From a virus: 64,000 nucleotides of DNA. The stretch spans positions 1 to 64,000 of the IMG/VR virus record IMGVR_UViG_3300028908_000006; one strand, given 5' to 3'. How positions within the stretch are numbered: position 1 is the stretch's first letter; each line of letters opens with the position of its first letter. Made by a program: the position numbers and the translations under genes. The notes below the pieces were generated by a model. That model searched no databases. It was not told the origin of the DNA and saw only the letters and a list, made by a program, of their open reading frames with translations. Below are positions 27,832 to 37,395 of this stretch, one piece after another.

Positions 27832-28737
27832 ATGCCATCTCTCAAAGACTTTCTAGAAGAGTCCAGAGCAGGTGTTGATGTTTCAATGTTTTATCCAAAC
27901 GACAACTTCATTCTCTCGGCCCTTGGTGCCCGTGTTTGTTACTCGGACACCAATGATTTCTGTGTCCTTTATGCTGATCCCAGGGTGTCTGATCTTGGTG
28001 AAAGGAAGGCTTTCCTTGAGAGACTTCGTAAGGCAGGTCATTTCTCTGTCTTTGCTCATTCTCCTGTGGAATTTATGACGGTTGATCCACAACCCTATAG
28101 GAAGTTATATAAAGCGTTCATATATCGAAACGAGGTCTGTCTCAATGGCAGGCATTTGGTCGAGCTTACAGGAAAGCTCAACTTCTTTGAAGAAGATCCA
28201 AGAATAGACGGGTTCTTCTTCGCTGATCTTGAGTCTGGATTCGCCTTTAAGGCTTCCTCCCTGGCGGAACTCTCTCCATATACGGAAAAGGCTGATTCCT
28301 ATCTTGTAGGTATTCCTATTCCTGGTATCTTTAACTGGCTTTCTGTTACAGCGTTTGGAATTTCAAGAGTTACATCCCATCAATGGGTAAGGCACACTTG
28401 GCAAAATTTTAGCCAGCGCTCCCACCGCTATACTGCTGTTGATGGGTTTGTAATACCGCCTTCTTTTGATAAGCTCAGGTTCAGGGATATTCCGGGAAGA
28501 TTGTTTGTTGAAAACATCTACACGGAAACGGCCACGGCGTATCAGATTGCTGTCAATCAGGGAATTCCAAAGGAAGATGCCAGGTATTTAATTCCCAACG
28601 GAGCAAGGACTACTTTGATGTCTTCAGGGCCGTATTTTGTCTGGGAAGACTTTGTAGCAAAGCGGGCTGTGAAGGGTGCTCAATGGGAGATTAGGAGAGT
28701 GGCTGAAGCAATCTGTAGGTTTCTTTCTTTCATCTAA
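27832..28737 (+). CDS. thyX: flavin-dependent thymidylate synthase
   Basis: ARVCY, GHFSVFAH, HQWVRH...SQRSHRY, EDARYLIP, AQWEIR. Confidence 0.92.
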   Translation: MPSLKDFLEESRAGVDVSMFYPNDNFILSALGARVCYSDTNDFCVLYADPRVSDLGERKAFLERLRKAGHFSVFAHSPVEFMTVDPQPYRKLYKAFIYRNEVCLNGRHLVELTGKLNFFEEDPRIDGFFFADLESGFAFKASSLAELSPYTEKADSYLVGIPIPGIFNWLSVTAFGISRVTSHQWVRHTWQNFSQRSHRYTAVDGFVIPPSFDKLRFRDIPGRLFVENIYTETATAYQIAVNQGIPKEDARYLIPNGARTTLMSSGPYFVWEDFVAKRAVKGAQWEIRRVAEAICRFLSFI

Positions 28738-28751
28738 AGGAGGGTCTAAAA

Positions 28752-29411
28752 ATGACAATACAGGAGCTGGTAGAAGAACAGATTGCTCCCTGGGAGTATA
28801 GTTTTGCTGGCGAGCCCAAGAACATCTTCTCTATTCCAGAACCAACTAAAAACTTTAGCCGTGAATGGTTCAAGGCCCTTGAAAAGCCAGGCCAAAACTG
28901 GTGGTTGGAATTTTCTGATGACACATTTCCTGATGGGTGGGAAGATAAAATGCTTGTTGTTCTTGACAAAGCAGGTTTCAAGCCAAGAAAGAAAAGCAGT
29001 CTCAAACATTTTTTCCTCATTTTCCTGAAAAGAATGAGTGCCACTATATCAATCGCCATGCCAGTAAGCTACCTCTACTATATAGCTACTGGAAAATCCA
29101 TCTTTTCTATGAGATATATGCTTGAGCTTGATAACTTCCTTGCTTGGTGGAAGGAAATACGCAACAGGCCAGCGGATGAAACTCTTGTTGAGCCGCTATC
29201 CAAGCTTTCGCTTTACATAGCCATTATCTTCGCCAAGGCGATAGACCTCCGCTTCCTTTCACGGGATCGTTGGATCTTCAAAGGGCTAATCTATGTCAGC
29301 CGTAATCGCGGAGCTGAAACGCTTCTTCCTGAATTTGGTGCTTGTGATCCTTACTTTCCCTATATCCTTGAACTTTTGGAATATAGAAAAAGACTTGACA
29401 TCCATTTGTAG
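28752..29411 (+). CDS. hypothetical protein
   Basis: 219 aa; AAGGAGG RBS. Confidence 0.6.
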   Translation: MTIQELVEEQIAPWEYSFAGEPKNIFSIPEPTKNFSREWFKALEKPGQNWWLEFSDDTFPDGWEDKMLVVLDKAGFKPRKKSSLKHFFLIFLKRMSATISIAMPVSYLYYIATGKSIFSMRYMLELDNFLAWWKEIRNRPADETLVEPLSKLSLYIAIIFAKAIDLRFLSRDRWIFKGLIYVSRNRGAETLLPEFGACDPYFPYILELLEYRKRLDIHL

Positions 29412-29423
29412 GTTGGTTATATT
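29395..29423 (+). promoter_or_regulatory. sigma70 promoter driving a non-coding RNA
   Basis: TTGACA-17-TATATT. Confidence 0.75.
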
Positions 29424-29429
29424 GAAAAG

Positions 29430-29632
29430 TGAGGGGTAGCGGGCGGCCTTGGTGAGAGGTCACTACAATCAAGGCTACGGGAGAGGGCTCTAGAGCCCTC
29501 TCCCACTTAATGGGGTTTAGTTTTTCTTGGGAAAAAAGAGAAGAGCTAAGGCAATGATTATAAATTTCATATAAACCTCCTGATAGGTTTTAGTTTTGAA
29601 GGGAAGCTGGCACTCAGCTTCCCTTTTTTATT
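29430..29632 (+). ncRNA. putative structured sRNA antisense to the small hydrophobic ORF (type I antitoxin-like)
   Basis: Bounded by promoter and terminator; stems GCCTTG/CAAGGC and GTGA/TCAC; 26-bp palindrome at 29479-29504. Confidence 0.55.
29517..29570 (-). CDS. 17-aa hydrophobic peptide MKFIIIALALLFFPKKN (type I toxin-like)
   Basis: AGGAGG RBS 5 nt upstream, within hairpin AAACCT/AGGTTT; too short for the ORF track. Confidence 0.6.
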   Translation of the reverse strand: MKFIIIALALLFFPKKN

Positions 29633-29637
29633 TTTTT
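29599..29637 (+). terminator. intrinsic terminator
   Basis: AAGGGAAGCTG-gcact-CAGCTTCCCTT followed by T-tract. Confidence 0.85.
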
Positions 29638-29651
29638 AACAATTGGTTGAT

Positions 29652-29945
29652 ATGGCCAAGAAATATGTTGATCGAAAACACAAGCTATATGTCTATACCG
29701 GTGGAAAGTATCTAAGGCAAGAGCTTTCTTCTGCCCGTGGATGTAAGGCTTACCGTGTGAAAACAATTGACCCGCAGACGAAACTTCTTGTCTGTGTTAC
29801 CAGCAAGAAGGGAAAGCGTGGTGGGAAAACAAAGGCAGTTGCTATCCTTCGGTCGCCAAATAAAGATCTAAGGCGTTACAACAAGCGTGGCAGAAAGTAT
29901 TTGAAGAGAGCCCTTAAGAAGGCCAGGAAACTTCTCAAAAACTAA
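29652..29945 (+). CDS. highly basic small protein, probably nucleic-acid binding
   Basis: K/R-rich; KKGKRGGKTK. Confidence 0.6.
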   Translation: MAKKYVDRKHKLYVYTGGKYLRQELSSARGCKAYRVKTIDPQTKLLVCVTSKKGKRGGKTKAVAILRSPNKDLRRYNKRGRKYLKRALKKARKLLKN

Positions 29946-31459
29946 CCAACGGCAATCTTAGCGAGTTCCTTCCTTAATACCCTAGCCGTAACCCTTCCTT
30001 TACTCTTGGCTGTCTTTAAGATTCTATCATCCATCAGCCCCTTAGTAAGGAAGAAATCTACATACACCTTCCTGGTCTGTCCTATCCGGTTAACCCGCCC
30101 CACAGCCTGTTCTATGCTTGCTGGAGTCCAGTCATATTCCACGAACACGACCCGCCTAGCATTCTGAAGATTGAGAGCAAACTCTCCTTTCTGTATCTGT
30201 ATCACAATAACATCTATCTTTCCATTCTGGAATTGATCAATCACAGCATCAGCAAGTTTGTCTCTTATCCTTCCAGTAAAGGCTTCAACCTTTATTCCTT
30301 TTTTATGGAGCCCTTCAACTATTCTTCCTATGGTCTCTAAGAACTTAGCGAACACCACAACCTGATCTCCATTTTTTACTACATACTTCTCTATCGTCTC
30401 TATAGCTTTCTCTATCTTTGGAGACTCAAACCTTTCTACTATATCTCTTTCATAGACCAGGAAGCCAGAGCTCACCTGTTGAAGTTTCATGATCGTGTTC
30501 TTGATCTCAATAAGGGTTCCGTTTCTTTCCACAATTTCTGAAGAGATGTCTCTGGCCAGGTCTACCTGCTTATCCGTGGGATTGACGTATATTTTATTGA
30601 ACACAACATTTTCTTGCTCTTTCTCTTCCTTTGGAACTTTTATTGTGTTCTCATCTACTATAGCTTGGATTTCAGCAAGCCTTTGTGGTCTTGGCTCATA
30701 TTTGACATAATTCTTCCCTTCTATCTTGATGAAGTATCGGTTGAGGAAGTGCCACCAAGACATCCTAAAGGCCCAGGGATTTATCACAGACAGCTGGAAG
30801 AAAAGATCGTTTGGCTGATTTCTGATTGGGGTTCCTGTCATCAAGATTCTGTAGCGAGCAGTCTTCATTATCTCAGCTACCACAGCTGCTCTAACCGAAT
30901 ATGGGTTTTTTATCAGATGAGCTTCATCACAGACGATCATATCTACATTTCTATACTCTGGCCGAATAAGATCAGCCAGATCTCCTTCTTGGTGGAAATA
31001 AAGACCATCGTAATTTGTGACTATGATCTTATCTCCAAACCAGGATTCTGGAATATCGAAGAATTTCTTTAGCTCAGCTATCATCTGCGTAATTCCTGCC
31101 TTTGGGACTACTATCAACGCTTTTCTTATCTTTCCTGTAATGAGCCTTCTTATGACTACATATCCGGCCATGTATGTCTTACCACGCCCAACTTCACCAA
31201 AGAGAAAGGCTCTTCTGAATGAGAGCAGGATCTTTATAGGCAGCTCCTGGTGTGGCTTTGGTGGATATTTACAGAATGAGAGATCAAGCGGCCTTTCATC
31301 TTTCAGCAGCCCTTGATTAAACAACTTACAAACCTTCTTATATTTTTGGCACTCGTTATAGAGAGCTTTTATGTCTTCTATCTTCTCACCACGTATAAAA
31401 TTGCTGGCGTGCTTCATTGAAAATATGAGTGGAAATTCTTTCTTTACACGCTTCTTCAT
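29942..31459 (-). CDS. SNF2-family helicase
   Basis: EVGRGKT, CDEAH, MTGTP, LNLQ, QAVGRVNRIGQ; start 31459 with GGAGAGG. Confidence 0.9.
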   Translation of the reverse strand: MKKRVKKEFPLIFSMKHASNFIRGEKIEDIKALYNECQKYKKVCKLFNQGLLKDERPLDLSFCKYPPKPHQELPIKILLSFRRAFLFGEVGRGKTYMAGYVVIRRLITGKIRKALIVVPKAGITQMIAELKKFFDIPESWFGDKIIVTNYDGLYFHQEGDLADLIRPEYRNVDMIVCDEAHLIKNPYSVRAAVVAEIMKTARYRILMTGTPIRNQPNDLFFQLSVINPWAFRMSWWHFLNRYFIKIEGKNYVKYEPRPQRLAEIQAIVDENTIKVPKEEKEQENVVFNKIYVNPTDKQVDLARDISSEIVERNGTLIEIKNTIMKLQQVSSGFLVYERDIVERFESPKIEKAIETIEKYVVKNGDQVVVFAKFLETIGRIVEGLHKKGIKVEAFTGRIRDKLADAVIDQFQNGKIDVIVIQIQKGEFALNLQNARRVVFVEYDWTPASIEQAVGRVNRIGQTRKVYVDFFLTKGLMDDRILKTAKSKGRVTARVLRKELAKIAVG

Positions 31460-31469
31460 TCTACCTCTC

Positions 31470-32015
31470 CTAGATCTTGTAGAAACTTGATCTGATAGCG
31501 TATGCACAAATATTTTTAAGTGCTTCTTGCACGTCACTTATTTTCCATAAGACTGAAAGGCAGCATATAAACATACCACTATCAGTAATGACAATATAAG
31601 CTTTCTCTATTCCTGGCTTGCCATATCTATCAGGAAGCATCAGCATATTTACAGTCCCTATCTGTTTTGGCTCCAGTCCGTAATCAATTATATGATCTAT
31701 CATAATCTCGTGTATAAACTTCTCATCTTCGTAGAAATCTTCTATTGTGGTCAAAATCTCACCACGATACAGTATCGGAAAATCGAACCACAACCCCAAT
31801 GTCCCGCATCCCTCTATGTATCTTTCATTGATTTTATAATGTGTATCACAGAAAAGTATGTAACAATCTTTTTCTTTTATTAGCACCATATCTGGCCTTG
31901 TTTTTTGTGTTTCAATATCAGGAATACGGCCTTCTCTTATAATAATGTATGCCGGATGAAGGAATGGCTCCTTCGCTGGTATGGTAAAGAACTTTTTATC
32001 GTATTCAAGTATCAT
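31470..32015 (-). CDS. hypothetical protein
   Basis: 181 aa in operon. Confidence 0.55.
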   Translation of the reverse strand: MILEYDKKFFTIPAKEPFLHPAYIIIREGRIPDIETQKTRPDMVLIKEKDCYILFCDTHYKINERYIEGCGTLGLWFDFPILYRGEILTTIEDFYEDEKFIHEIMIDHIIDYGLEPKQIGTVNMLMLPDRYGKPGIEKAYIVITDSGMFICCLSVLWKISDVQEALKNICAYAIRSSFYKI

Positions 32016-32368
32016 AATGCCTTCTTTATTACCTTTATATACGGTGTTTCTTCATAGTATCCCAGTTCATCTAGAGGCACCTCAGCTATCTTCGCTATTG
32101 CTTTCAGATCACCAACCTTTACGCCCACAACTTTAAGAAATAAGTCCCATCCTAGCTTCCTATATACGACTGTGGTTATTGGCCTGAAATTTGTCTTGCA
32201 TTTCTTCACAACTTCAATATCACCTAAGTCAACATCTCCCTCTATATTTAGGAACAACTCTTCTATCTTCTTCTTTTCATCTCTGAGTTTTTTTAGCTCA
32301 GTATTCAAAAATTTGATCTTGTTTTCAATTTCAAGGTATCTTTCAGCCTTTTTCTTTAAATTGTCCAT
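32012..32368 (-). CDS. coiled-coil phage protein
   Basis: 118 aa; GGAGG RBS. Confidence 0.65.
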   Translation of the reverse strand: MDNLKKKAERYLEIENKIKFLNTELKKLRDEKKKIEELFLNIEGDVDLGDIEVVKKCKTNFRPITTVVYRKLGWDLFLKVVGVKVGDLKAIAKIAEVPLDELGYYEETPYIKVIKKAL

Positions 32369-32372
32369 AGCT

Positions 32373-32606
32373 TTACCTCCTCTTTTTTGGTTTTACACAA
32401 ACTCTGTAACCTTCACCAATCTTATCTCCTTTTATCGGATATACGATCCACTCGTGGCGCCCAACACGCTCCATCCATATCCCTTGGCTCTTCTTTAATG
32501 CTCCGGCCCTTTTTAGGGCCTTCTTTACAGCCTGTATATAGTCCCTTGCATATACAACTTCCACAACAGTATCATTTCTGTATTTGGCTTCAACTTTTAC
32601 CAGCAC
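32373..32606 (-). CDS. hypothetical protein
   Basis: 77 aa; GAGGAGG RBS. Confidence 0.55.
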   Translation of the reverse strand: MLVKVEAKYRNDTVVEVVYARDYIQAVKKALKRAGALKKSQGIWMERVGRHEWIVYPIKGDKIGEGYRVCVKPKKRR

Positions 32607-32826
32607 AGTATGTTACCTCCTCAAATCGGATTATATTTTTATTTGAAGTCCATGGAATACAATGTCGCTTCCCACAGGTCTTGCATTCAAACGGGCGCAA
32701 TACAGCTCCTGATCTAGCCCTGAATGGTCTTCCAACAACGGTTCCAATATGCTCTCCATTTAACTTGCTACGTCCCCAACTGATAACAGCCCTTACCATT
32801 TGTCCTTCTTTTGGATAGGCTTTCAT
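32590..32826 (-). CDS. hypothetical protein with CxxC
   Basis: 78 aa; AGGAGG RBS. Confidence 0.6.
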   Translation of the reverse strand: MKAYPKEGQMVRAVISWGRSKLNGEHIGTVVGRPFRARSGAVLRPFECKTCGKRHCIPWTSNKNIIRFEEVTYCAGKS

Positions 32827-32845
32827 AGCCCTACCTCCTTTCCTT

Positions 32846-33244
32846 TTAGTTTTCGCTTACATCAATCTCTATGGCTTTGGTCATCTTGTTCTCTATGGAA
32901 GCTATTACAACAATATCTACCAATGCAGACTTATAAAGGAAGAGTGTCTTATAGTTTTCCTTTATCCTTTCCACCAGCTCTTCTAGCTCTCCTATATCCC
33001 TTGGATAGAAGAGATACCCGCCAGCCTGAGCCACATAATCGCAAATATCCTTAAACATTTTTGTTTCTGCATTGTTTACGGCTGTATATGCAGTTATGGC
33101 AAGCGATCTTGCTAGCTCTTCTGGAGACATTGTCTGTATCAGCACCAAGGCGTCTATAGGCTTATCTTCAAGGAGACACTTAAGAAACATCCTTATCTTG
33201 GCTGTTTCTTCATATCTTTGAATCTGGTCTTGTTGCTTAAGCAT
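32846..33244 (-). CDS. hypothetical protein, paralog of 34476-34910
   Basis: GGYLFYPRDIGEL. Confidence 0.65.
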   Translation of the reverse strand: MLKQQDQIQRYEETAKIRMFLKCLLEDKPIDALVLIQTMSPEELARSLAITAYTAVNNAETKMFKDICDYVAQAGGYLFYPRDIGELEELVERIKENYKTLFLYKSALVDIVVIASIENKMTKAIEIDVSEN

Positions 33245-33247
33245 GGG

Positions 33248-34501
33248 TTACACCTCCGCTCCACAGAATGTGCATTTTCCTTCCTTTATTACCGTCTCAT
33301 ATCCGCAATTCTTGCACTTATGCAGGTCTCCTTTGATGAGACCTTTCAGATATGAGATATAGGAAGTCTTTGAAGGCTTCCTTCTCGTCTTCTGTTTCTT
33401 GGGAACCATCAGCTTTTCAGGCGGGAGCCAGCCTACCTTCTGTTCTAATCTCCAATCAGAAAGTTCTGTATTTGTGTAAGGCATAAGAAGTCCCTTGAAA
33501 TATGGCTTTCCATAGACCTGAACCCCTATCTGTTCTTCCTTTCCCTTTACATGGAATACAACATTTTCGATTTCTTTATCATTGAAAATCCTTATAAGTA
33601 GGCGTGGATTTACTGCTAAAGGATATTTTCCATGATGGTCTGTATGGATTCCATCTTCATCAAGGTATACGACTGGGTTATATGTTTGTGTTTTTACTAT
33701 TGTTTTTAGCTTGTTTACAAGTTCTCTGGTTACTGTTACATTGACGCTATATGCAAATGTTTCAGGAATGACACATTCATATTGTGGAAAATCATAACCT
33801 ACATTAAAATACAGATAATTATTTATGTTAATTGTGTTTTCTGCGTATGAATATCTAAATACAAACTCTTCATCACTACTGTTTATCAGCGCCTTAACCA
33901 AGTAATGAGGTATGGTGAACGGTTCATTTACCGTGAATGTATATGTTGTATCTTCTAACCCAAGAATATGTCCATCCGTAGCTACTACACGCAATTTACC
34001 ATCAACTTCATCAAATAATATCTCATCTAACCTTCTACCTAATACTATTCCGTCATAGTAATTCATAATGTATCTCAGGTTTCTCTTTACAAATCCTTTT
34101 GGAAATGTAAGAATCTTATCCCAATCAATAGGTTGTTCGCATTCCTCAATGTGAGGTTTCCTTGAATGGATCGTAATTCCGTTAATCAAAAACCTACCTT
34201 CGTCTTTATTGTAGTGGAAAGCATTCTCTTCAAGAATAACATCCTTGAGCTTATTGAATTCTATTTCAACATCAAAAACATCTCCGCTGTATGGAACTTC
34301 CTTGATAAAGAAGACGTTGTAACATCTGGCCATAAACTTAAGGCTCTTTCCATTGGCCTTAAGTCTTACATACCTGTGTTGTGTGTATGCTTCCTTCATG
34401 ATAGGTTTCAGAGGGTTAACAATATTTTCCTTGATCCATTTGCCGGAAATCTTTTGTACCATAACTTTACCTCCTTTAGTGTTTTGTTTCCTTGGTCTCA
34501 A
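33248..34501 (-). CDS. DNA polymerase III beta-clamp (DnaN)-like protein with C-terminal Zn ribbon
   Basis: LRVVATDGHILG, DFPQYECVIP, VNPRLL, LLMP; CKNC...CTFC; start probably at MVQK. Confidence 0.7.
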   Translation of the reverse strand: MRPRKQNTKGGKVMVQKISGKWIKENIVNPLKPIMKEAYTQHRYVRLKANGKSLKFMARCYNVFFIKEVPYSGDVFDVEIEFNKLKDVILEENAFHYNKDEGRFLINGITIHSRKPHIEECEQPIDWDKILTFPKGFVKRNLRYIMNYYDGIVLGRRLDEILFDEVDGKLRVVATDGHILGLEDTTYTFTVNEPFTIPHYLVKALINSSDEEFVFRYSYAENTININNYLYFNVGYDFPQYECVIPETFAYSVNVTVTRELVNKLKTIVKTQTYNPVVYLDEDGIHTDHHGKYPLAVNPRLLIRIFNDKEIENVVFHVKGKEEQIGVQVYGKPYFKGLLMPYTNTELSDWRLEQKVGWLPPEKLMVPKKQKTRRKPSKTSYISYLKGLIKGDLHKCKNCGYETVIKEGKCTFCGAEV

Positions 34502-34910
34502 GAATCTCCATTCCAGTTATGGCTTCTATGATCTTTCCTTCTATCCTTTCAAGAACTTCCATATTTCCTTCTATCTCTTTTGCCAGCCTATCAAGATCAC
34601 CCATATCCCGTGGAAACCAGAACTGGCCTCCTATCTCTTTGGCTATTTCTGAAAAAATCCCACCTTCACCACTCATGGCTAGTGCTATCGCACCTATTTC
34701 AGCTATATACCTGTCATCCATCTCTTCCACAATATCAATAGCTTCCGAATATTGGCGATTATATACAGCCACAACTATCTCTGCTAACATTCTCGTTGAT
34801 TCCGGAAATTTTTTAATGATTTCTCCATATTCCATGTTTCTATTCCTCCGTTGAAACCACTCATGAATATCTTCTCTTGAAGAGTCTTCTAAAATTTCAT
34901 AATCACCCAC
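34476..34910 (-). CDS. hypothetical protein, paralog of 32846-33244
   Basis: GGQFWFPRDMGDL. Confidence 0.65.
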   Translation of the reverse strand: MGDYEILEDSSREDIHEWFQRRNRNMEYGEIIKKFPESTRMLAEIVVAVYNRQYSEAIDIVEEMDDRYIAEIGAIALAMSGEGGIFSEIAKEIGGQFWFPRDMGDLDRLAKEIEGNMEVLERIEGKIIEAITGMEILETKETKH

Positions 34911-34928
34911 AACATTACCTCCTTTCTT

Positions 34929-35345
34929 TTAAAGCTTGATTTGGGCAATACTGTCTATTCCACCATATACTTGTTCTGCGTGTGTCTTTGCAGTTTCTAT
35001 TGCTTCTTCAGGAGTATCGCTCCCAAAGATATAACGCCCACGCGATCTTCCTTCTTTAAGAACTTCATATGCCCATGTTTCATTATCTACTCGCCATAAA
35101 ACTATAATTTCGCCGCCATTTGTGGTGATTATATACAGCTTTAATTTTCTATAATACAGACCATCTTTTATGAGGTTCTCGACTTCTTTTTTAAGACCTT
35201 CCTTAGCAGTCTTTTCCTTATGTGAATATTCATAAATCTCGTCAAATTCTGGATGATCTATCGAGGCCATATATAACTCGCCATACTTTGGATCATATTG
35301 TTTCTTAATGACTCCTTTAATAACTGTAAACCTCTTTTCCTTCAT
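34929..35345 (-). CDS. hypothetical protein
   Basis: 138 aa; AGGAGG RBS. Confidence 0.6.
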   Translation of the reverse strand: MKEKRFTVIKGVIKKQYDPKYGELYMASIDHPEFDEIYEYSHKEKTAKEGLKKEVENLIKDGLYYRKLKLYIITTNGGEIIVLWRVDNETWAYEVLKEGRSRGRYIFGSDTPEEAIETAKTHAEQVYGGIDSIAQIKL

Positions 35346-35410
35346 TTCTCCTCCTTTTTACATTTCACATAAATGTTTTTCTTATCAAGCAGTATTATTG
35401 AGAATGATTA

Positions 35411-35653
35411 TCATTTGTCATTATGGTCTTCTGGGTCCCACAATGGGACCAATTTCCCGTTTCGTATGAAATAATATTTCCCATCCTTAACAATCACTAT
35501 TCTTGTTCCGTGGTATCTCATTAGTCTTGATACTTTTTTTATATCAACTTCTATTCCAGATACTAGTGCAGTTCTTGCTCTATGCATTATATAGCAGTAA
35601 CTTGCTATCAAGAATAATATTGATAATACAATAACTACTATACTAGTTTTCAT
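35411..35653 (-). CDS. small membrane-anchored protein
   Basis: N-terminal transmembrane segment. Confidence 0.55.
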   Translation of the reverse strand: MKTSIVVIVLSILFLIASYCYIMHRARTALVSGIEVDIKKVSRLMRYHGTRIVIVKDGKYYFIRNGKLVPLWDPEDHNDK

Positions 35654-35924
35654 CTTTATCCTCCAATAACTTCATCAATTCAGCCATATTTCTAGCTTTT
35701 TCGTATTTCTCAATATTTTTTCTATCTATTCTAGCAATAATTTTGAAATCTCTCCTTTTCATGTATGTGGGCTTGAAGAGATATATAAGGAATCCTTTAT
35801 GTTCGCACCACCAACAACCTCTTCCTCTGCATATACAGCATTCTACTATGAACGCTCTATTGGATCTTGTGAGCTTCTCAAGTCTTTCAATATCTCTTAG
35901 TATTTTTTGATCTGGATGTGGCAC
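35643..35924 (-). CDS. Zn-finger protein (CxxCxGxG)
   Basis: CCICRGRGCWWCEHKG; AGGAGG RBS. Confidence 0.6.
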   Translation of the reverse strand: MPHPDQKILRDIERLEKLTRSNRAFIVECCICRGRGCWWCEHKGFLIYLFKPTYMKRRDFKIIARIDRKNIEKYEKARNMAELMKLLEDKDEN

Positions 35925-35944
35925 GTAACAATCCCTCCTTTTTC

Positions 35945-36610
35945 TTAAGTTTTCTCAAAAACATCAATAAAGACTATACATCCGTCTTTTCGCTTTACGT
36001 ATTTTACTATGAACCACGGGCAGTCCATAATTATCATATATTTATTTCTTTTGTTTATCACTTTATTACCCATATTTATCTGCTGTATCACGCATCTTGG
36101 AGAGAATTCCGCTAGAATTCTCTCTTTCCACTTTTCTATGAACCTCTGTGTAAAGTAATATCTATCGTTGTATTTGAAACCAAGTATAGTCTTTTTATTT
36201 ATCTGAATCTTTCCGGCGCTATCACTCGTTTTTCTATAGATGTCTTCCCAAGATTTCTCTCCTTCATCTATGTCTGTCTTGGCTATGTCACATAACTTCT
36301 CAAGAAATCCAGTATGTTGCCCTATCGCTATATCTGAAATATAAAAACCAGCATATTTTGGGCGTTTAAATCCGTATTTAACTAGGAATTTATGCCATGC
36401 GTTATATATGAACCCAGGTAATGCCTTATCACCATATTTTAAACCTTCACTGGCGGCCTCAAGGGCAATGCAATAGCCCTCGTGCCGCCAGTCCTGGATT
36501 AACCCTCTCTCTCGCAGGCGTGGCCAGACGTGGAAGAATCGTTGTTTCCAGATTCTGAAAACCACGCCTGCGAGGCCATTTACAGGCTCGGAGAGGGCGT
36601 AGTGCTTCAT
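35945..36610 (-). CDS. hypothetical protein
   Basis: 221 aa in operon. Confidence 0.6.
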   Translation of the reverse strand: MKHYALSEPVNGLAGVVFRIWKQRFFHVWPRLRERGLIQDWRHEGYCIALEAASEGLKYGDKALPGFIYNAWHKFLVKYGFKRPKYAGFYISDIAIGQHTGFLEKLCDIAKTDIDEGEKSWEDIYRKTSDSAGKIQINKKTILGFKYNDRYYFTQRFIEKWKERILAEFSPRCVIQQINMGNKVINKRNKYMIIMDCPWFIVKYVKRKDGCIVFIDVFEKT

Positions 36611-37372
36611 CTATTTACTCTCCCCTTCTTTCCTCATGGAGAGAACCGGATATATAAAGATTCTATCTTCAATCCCGGCTACTGGTGGTCCATCTGGAGG
36701 CCGGGATACGAACGCACCTTCATATCTGTTCACAAAGATGCGCATATATGTATAATCAGGGTTGAACTGGAGCATCCTGACCCGGAAGCGCTTGATTGGT
36801 TCTCCACTTTTTCGTGGAAACTCGTACATGAATCCGTAAGAAGAGAGGAGTTGTTTCTTCAGCCAGTTTTCTTCATGATAAACCTGAAGCTTTTGGTTGA
36901 TGGCCCTAGCAAGCTCCAGGGCCAGCTGATCACGGGTGCGAGCGATGGATAGAGTGATTACCTCCATACCGTTTGAATCTAGTATCTGTTCTCCAAGAGG
37001 GCTGGAGAACTTAAGGATGCCTGCTTCTTTTATTTCATCCAAGTGGTCGCAAATCCACCATATCACATATTCTGCAATTGTGAGTGGCATATCATTTATT
37101 GGGAGGCCGCCATCATACCACCTACGCAGGTGGTTAATATCTTCGATCTTTAGTTTATCAGGTACTCCACCACGGCAAAGCTCATCTATATCCGCTTTAT
37201 CTAGCGGTATTTCAAACTTCCATGTATCATCTTCCTGGATATCAAAATATTCTGAGATATAAGAGTGAGAGTCTGGGTTTTCTCCTTCGATAATGGCTAT
37301 CTCACGCTCTTCAGCAAGGAGAGCATATACATGACCGCCCTTGTCTACGGAGAAACTAAAGAATTGACACAT
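36611..37372 (-). CDS. hypothetical protein (MCQFFS...DSH N-terminus)
   Basis: 253 aa; AGGAGG RBS. Confidence 0.65.
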   Translation of the reverse strand: MCQFFSFSVDKGGHVYALLAEEREIAIIEGENPDSHSYISEYFDIQEDDTWKFEIPLDKADIDELCRGGVPDKLKIEDINHLRRWYDGGLPINDMPLTIAEYVIWWICDHLDEIKEAGILKFSSPLGEQILDSNGMEVITLSIARTRDQLALELARAINQKLQVYHEENWLKKQLLSSYGFMYEFPRKSGEPIKRFRVRMLQFNPDYTYMRIFVNRYEGAFVSRPPDGPPVAGIEDRIFIYPVLSMRKEGESK

Positions 37373-37395
37373 AACCTTTACCTCCTTTTTTAGTT

